This document shows, piece by piece, positions 60,558-64,000 of a stretch of DNA of 64,000 bases. Position 1 is the stretch's first letter, and every line of letters starts with the position of its first letter. The notes beneath the pieces were generated by a model. That model saw only the letters and a program-made list of their open reading frames with translations, was not told the DNA's origin and made no database searches. Made by a program: the position numbers and the translations under genes. Where the stretch lies: contig CAZQHK010000006.1 of NCBI GenBank assembly GCA_964593455.1, positions 49,225 through 113,224 on the forward strand, read 5' to 3'. Origin of the DNA: an uncultured bacterium. Lineage in GTDB: Bacteria; Muiribacteriota; CAYSPT01.

Positions 60558-60629
60558 GGGCGCTTAGCTCAGTGGGAGAGCGCTGCCTTGACGCGGCAGA
60601 GGTCACAGGTTCGAGACCTGTAGCGCCCA
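60558..60629 (+). tRNA. tRNA-Val(GAC), CCA not encoded
   Basis: Acceptor GGGCGCT/AGCGCCC, anticodon arm CTGCC-TTGACGC-GGCAG, T arm ACAGG-TTCGAGA-CCTGT. Confidence 0.95.
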
Positions 60630-60666
60630 TTTTTTAATGCCTGATTTTTCAGACATTGAAAAATGG
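60627..60666 (+). terminator. Hairpin overlapping the tRNA-Val 3' end
   Basis: CCATTTTTTAATGCCTGA / TCAGACATTGAAAAATGG, 18-bp arms with 2 mismatches. Terminator function is unproven. Confidence 0.5.
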
Positions 60667-60841
60667 TTGGGCGGGACCACTCGGCTTCCTTTACATCTCA
60701 ATGTTGACACATACGCTTACAAAACGCTACAAGTCATCACAGGGTCTCATCAATCCAACACCTTATTGCCCACTACAAATTCCATCCGTCATTTCAGGTC
60801 GTTCCTGCCGCCCTCTGGAATATCAGCGTAGAAAGTAAGGT
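60661..60841 (+). repeat. Variant copy of the MITE-like element with an internal insert
   Basis: GGGCGGGACCAC...TGTTGACACATACGCTTACAAAACGCTACAAG...CACAGGGTC, then CGCCCTCTGGAATATCAGCGTAGAAAGTAAGGT. Confidence 0.8.
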
Positions 60842-60876
60842 GTAAGATTGCAAATTATCAATCTTCAAAATCTCCA

Positions 60877-61014
60877 AACTCACTTTCTACACTTCTTGCT
60901 TGAGGGTGGGACCACCAGGCTCACACTACGCTCCAATGTTGACACATACGTTTACAAAACGGTACAAGTCAGCACAGGGTCGCCCTCTGGAATATCAGGC
61001 CAGAAAGCAAGGTT
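60877..61014. mobile_element. Apparently full-length ~138-bp MITE-like element
   Basis: Left end AACTCACTTTCTACACTTCTTGCTTGA and right end GGAATATCAGGCCAGAAAGCAAGGTT form imperfect inverted termini; the internal sequence is shared with 28228, 60661 and 61620. Confidence 0.7.
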
Positions 61015-61051
61015 GTAGATAGAGAAAACGTGTTTTTCTATTATCTCATGG

Positions 61052-61080
61052 TTGATTCTGTACAAAGGTTTCTGTACTAT
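61052..61080 (+). promoter_or_regulatory. Candidate promoter of the STAS gene
   Basis: TTGATT-17 nt-TACTAT. Confidence 0.45.
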
Positions 61081-61114
61081 GTGAAAAGGCAGGCAAAGCT
61101 GGAAGGGAGATCTA

Positions 61115-61477
61115 ATGCAGATAGAAGATTATAAAAGCGGGAACGTTACGGTGATCAAGCTCAATGGCGAAATCACCCACGAAACATCTGATGGATTTAG
61201 AGACACCATGCAGGGTATCTTGAACAGGGACAAATCCCGGGTTATCATCAACATGGAAGGTATTAACTTCATCAACTCCATGGCCGTCGCCATTATCGTC
61301 AGCATTATTTTGAAGGGCGAGGAGAAGCATGGCAACATAGTCCTGGTGAAGCTGAAACCGGAAGTACAGGAACTCTTCAAGATAACCAGGTTGTTAGATA
61401 TTTTCACTGTGTTTGCTACCGAGGAAGAAGCCATCGAGTACTTCAGTCGTGCAGGCAAAAAACCACGGTTAAAGTAG
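61115..61477 (+). CDS. STAS-domain anti-sigma-factor antagonist
   Basis: VIKLNGEI, IINMEGINFINSMAV and VQELFKITRL..IF.VF.TEEEA. Confidence 0.88.
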   Translation: MQIEDYKSGNVTVIKLNGEITHETSDGFRDTMQGILNRDKSRVIINMEGINFINSMAVAIIVSIILKGEEKHGNIVLVKLKPEVQELFKITRLLDIFTVFATEEEAIEYFSRAGKKPRLK

Positions 61478-61491
61478 CCTGTCGGAGTTTC

Positions 61492-61520
61492 TTGACAGCC
61501 TGTATTGGTCATGGTATCCT
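61492..61520 (+). promoter_or_regulatory. Promoter of tRNA-Ile
   Basis: TTGACA-17 nt-TATCCT with an extended TG. Confidence 0.65.
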
Positions 61521-61531
61521 ACTTCCCGTTT

Positions 61532-61602
<71 letters not shown>

Positions 61603-61605
<3 letters not shown>

Positions 61606-61639
61606 TTTTTTGAATGCCTTCAAGGCATTCAAAAAATGG
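61603..61639 (+). terminator. Perfect 18-bp inverted repeat overlapping the tRNA-Ile 3' end
   Basis: CCATTTTTTGAATGCCTT-C-AAGGCATTCAAAAAATGG. Terminator function is unproven. Confidence 0.55.
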
Positions 61640-61930
61640 TTGGGCGGGACCACCCAGCTTCCTTTACACCACCTTGTTGACACATACGCTTACAAAACGC
61701 TACAAGCTACCACAGGGTCACCTTTCTACGCTTCTTGCTTTAATCATCTCAATCTCAAGGCATTCAAAAAATGGTTGGGCGGGACCACCCAGCTTTCTTT
61801 ACACCACCTTGTTGACACGTACGCTTACAAAACGCTACAAGCTACCACAGGGTCACCTTTCTACGCTTCTTGCTTTAATCATCTCAATCTCAAGGCATTC
61901 AAATGGAATATCAGCGTAGAAAGCCAAGGT
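61620..61930. repeat. 135-bp tandem duplication (2 near-identical units plus a partial) built from the MITE-like element
   Basis: CAAGGCATTC recurs at 61621, 61756 and 61891. Each unit carries ACCTTTCTACGCTTCTTGCTTT, and the array ends in GGAATATCAGCGTAGAAAGCCAAGGTT. Confidence 0.9.
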
Positions 61931-62026
61931 TAGAGATTTCTAATTTATTATTGCTTATGCAATGGAGTACTACACAATTAGCCTGCGTCATGATAAACTC
62001 GACTTTGTAAGAGGCGGAGATATGGT

Positions 62027-62266
62027 ATGAAAGATAAGGTCGTTTGTTTTTGTAAAAATGTTTCTGAGAAAACAGTCATCCAGGCAATTCAACAGGGTGC
62101 AACGAGCCTTAAGATGGTTCGGGAAACAACTGGAGCGTGCATGGGAAATCAGTGTAAAGAGCTTAATCCCAAGGGGGTCTGTTGTTCAAATGATATTCTG
62201 GCTCTTATCGAAGAGGTGTCAGGAATCCAAAAAAACGGCCATGATAGCGAGTGTTGCAAGACATGA
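62027..62266 (+). CDS. BFD-like (2Fe-2S)-binding small protein
   Basis: VCFCKNV...AI..GA...TGAC...C...NP.G.CC. Confidence 0.8.
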   Translation: MKDKVVCFCKNVSEKTVIQAIQQGATSLKMVRETTGACMGNQCKELNPKGVCCSNDILALIEEVSGIQKNGHDSECCKT

Positions 62267-62958
62267 CTGGTTTTATCCAGGACATATTCTCAGAGATACC
62301 GAAAACATATGAGTTACTGAATCATGTTTTGACCTTCGGGCTCGATAGTAGATGGCGTCGTACAGCGGCAAAAATAGCTGCTAAACCCGGGGGGTGCAGG
62401 TGGGTTGATATGTGTACCGGGACCGGTGAGATGGCTGTTTATCTCCACCGTCTCGCTGGAAATGAAACACGAGTTCAGGCCGTCGATTTTTCACTGCCCA
62501 TGATGCTGGAGGCAAAGAAGAAACCGGAATCACGGTTTATTGACTTTGTTGCTTCAAATATCAGGTCATTACCGTTTGCCAGTGAAAGTTTCGATTTGAT
62601 TACCATGTCGTTTGCGACTCGTAACATCAATCTCAACAAAGATATATTGATTCAAAGTTTTGCCGAGTTCTACCGGATATTAAAATCGGCGGGAAGGTTC
62701 GTTAATCTCGAAACCAGTCAACCCCCGTTTTCACCGGTCAGACGATGTTTTCATCTCTATGTGAAACTGTTTGTACGACTGATTGGAAGCCGGATATCTG
62801 CCTCAGGAAAGGCGTATGCATATTTGGCAAAGACTATACCCAGGTTCTATCCGGCGGAAGAGTTGGCTTAAATTCTTCGCCAGGCAGGTTTTGCGGAAGT
62901 TGAATTTCATCGCCTGCTATTTGGTGCAGCAGCCATACATCACGGTGTGAAACGATAG
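62263..62958 (+). pseudogene. UbiE/MenG-family methyltransferase with a premature TAA at 62869-62871
   Basis: YELLNHVLTFGLD..WR, DMCTGTG, DFS..M and LPF..ESFD. The frame continues past the TAA as ILRQAGF.EV.....LFGAAAIH.G.K. Confidence 0.75.
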
Positions 62959-63003
62959 GTCGGGCAGGCGTTTTTTCAGGTAAGAATTTGGAAGGAGTTT
63001 GAG

Positions 63004-63321
63004 ATGGATATAGATACCGGAGTGAAGAGTCTCATCGGATTGGTGGATTACCAGACCGGATCGATTGTATCAAGTACGGTAATAGAAAAGAAAACGGGTA
63101 CGGTCACCCTGTTTGCATTCGATCAAGGACAAGGTCTCAGTGAACATACCGCTCCCTTTGATGCCATGGTTTGTGTTCTCGATGGAAAGGTGGAAATTAC
63201 TATTTCCGGGATTCCGAAAATTCTGGAAAAGGGAGACATGATAATCATGCCGGCAAACGAACCTCACGCCTTGAAAGCCGTGGAGAAGTACAAAATGATG
63301 CTCATTATGATCAGATCGTAA
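63004..63321 (+). CDS. Cupin-domain protein
   Basis: TLFAFDQGQGLSEHTAPFDA...MPANEPHALKA. Confidence 0.85.
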   Translation: MDIDTGVKSLIGLVDYQTGSIVSSTVIEKKTGTVTLFAFDQGQGLSEHTAPFDAMVCVLDGKVEITISGIPKILEKGDMIIMPANEPHALKAVEKYKMMLIMIRS

Positions 63322-63334
63322 GGCCGTGCCGGTA

Positions 63335-64000
63335 TTACCGTTTCAGCTTATTTAAGTTCTTATACTTGCTGATAATTTCCGTGAGATTACTGGAGTTGAA
63401 GTTGGGATACATCGCTTTGATCTGGTAGAGTTGTTTTCGCACTTTACCCACATTGATGTCATTGAACATGGTCGGCTTGAGCATCTTATATTCGGCCATG
63501 AGTTCGCGGAACGCATCCAGGTCGAAACCAGGATTTTCTTTTTGAAAACCCATCAGCAAACCCCGGAGTTGGGATATTTCCGATTGGGTAAGACCGGGGT
63601 CAATATTGCGTAACTCGGCCAGGATTTCGTCGATCAATTCCCTGGCCGATCCCTGGGTTTCTCCGCTTTGAGAATTGCTACCGGTCACCGATGTCTCATT
63701 CTGTCCGGCGGCTCCGAACAACCAGCCATATTTATCCATCGGGTCTCCCGTAGCACCTTCGTTTTTTTTGGCCCTCAAAGCCTGCTCAAGAGATTCCCTG
63801 GTAGCCGCCCGTGCTGCTTCCAGGCCGGCTTGTCCGGCTGCCTGGTCAGTTTTGTTTGCCTGTCGCCTGTTCTTGGTGGTTGTCCGCATTATTTTAAGTG
63901 TCCTGATGGCGGTTTTCAAACCGGCTTCGAGATGAACCCGTGCAGAATCTTTTTCATTCTCAAGCGTCTTCGTAATCACTCGATCAGTGTGACGTAAAAG
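63335..64000 (-). CDS. Hypothetical helical protein, 5' end probably outside the window
   Basis: The frame is open from the window edge to the stop at 63335; no recognisable motif. Confidence 0.55.
   Translation of the reverse strand, partial: LLRHTDRVITKTLENEKDSARVHLEAGLKTAIRTLKIMRTTTKNRRQANKTDQAAGQAGLEAARAATRESLEQALRAKKNEGATGDPMDKYGWLFGAAGQNETSVTGSNSQSGETQGSARELIDEILAELRNIDPGLTQSEISQLRGLLMGFQKENPGFDLDAFRELMAEYKMLKPTMFNDINVGKVRKQLYQIKAMYPNFNSSNLTEIISKYKNLNKLKR

Noticed and set aside
61620-61930. CRISPR array
   Set aside because: The units are 135-bp near-identical duplicates with no unique spacers, and there are no cas genes.
61610-61933. ORFs 61610-61933, 61614-61919, 60637-60831 and 60656-60838 as proteins
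   Set aside because: They lie wholly in repeat DNA, lack an RBS, and repeat only because 135 is divisible by 3.

Overview
Gene-dense 64-kb chromosomal window, almost all on the + strand, from an uncharacterised bacterium. It uses genetic code 11 and has Firmicutes-like rng-rplU-prp-rpmA-obg-nadD-LCP synteny plus Skp-like and pilin-like envelope genes; a diderm candidate-phylum organism is my inference. Contents in order: a trehalose/GH65 cluster with a sugar ABC importer; a strongly promoted locus of two Skp/OmpH-like paralogues flanking a 1525-aa secreted protein; a metabolic run (degenerate HisI-like, transcarbamylase, ThrC, split transketolase, HD protein, LeuC-like, SerA/SerC-like/DUF1015, LeuD-like, LeuB/HICDH-like); a minor-pilin/FG-GAP cassette between the TIGR03960/TIGR03936 pair; the rng to tgt housekeeping block; several GT-C-like membrane proteins; accDA, a sigma70 factor and PTS enzyme I; tRNA-Val(GAC) and tRNA-Ile(GAT). 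The most striking unexplained signal is a ~138-bp MITE-like repeat family. A full copy lies at 60877-61014, and its end motif AAGCARGAAGYGTAGAAAGTRAGGT occurs about 15 times or more. The ends sit at gene junctions, where they supply Shine-Dalgarno-like sequences, stop codons and the LeuD N-terminus, and variants abut both tRNA 3' ends. All family assignments come from motif recognition by eye; no database searches were run.
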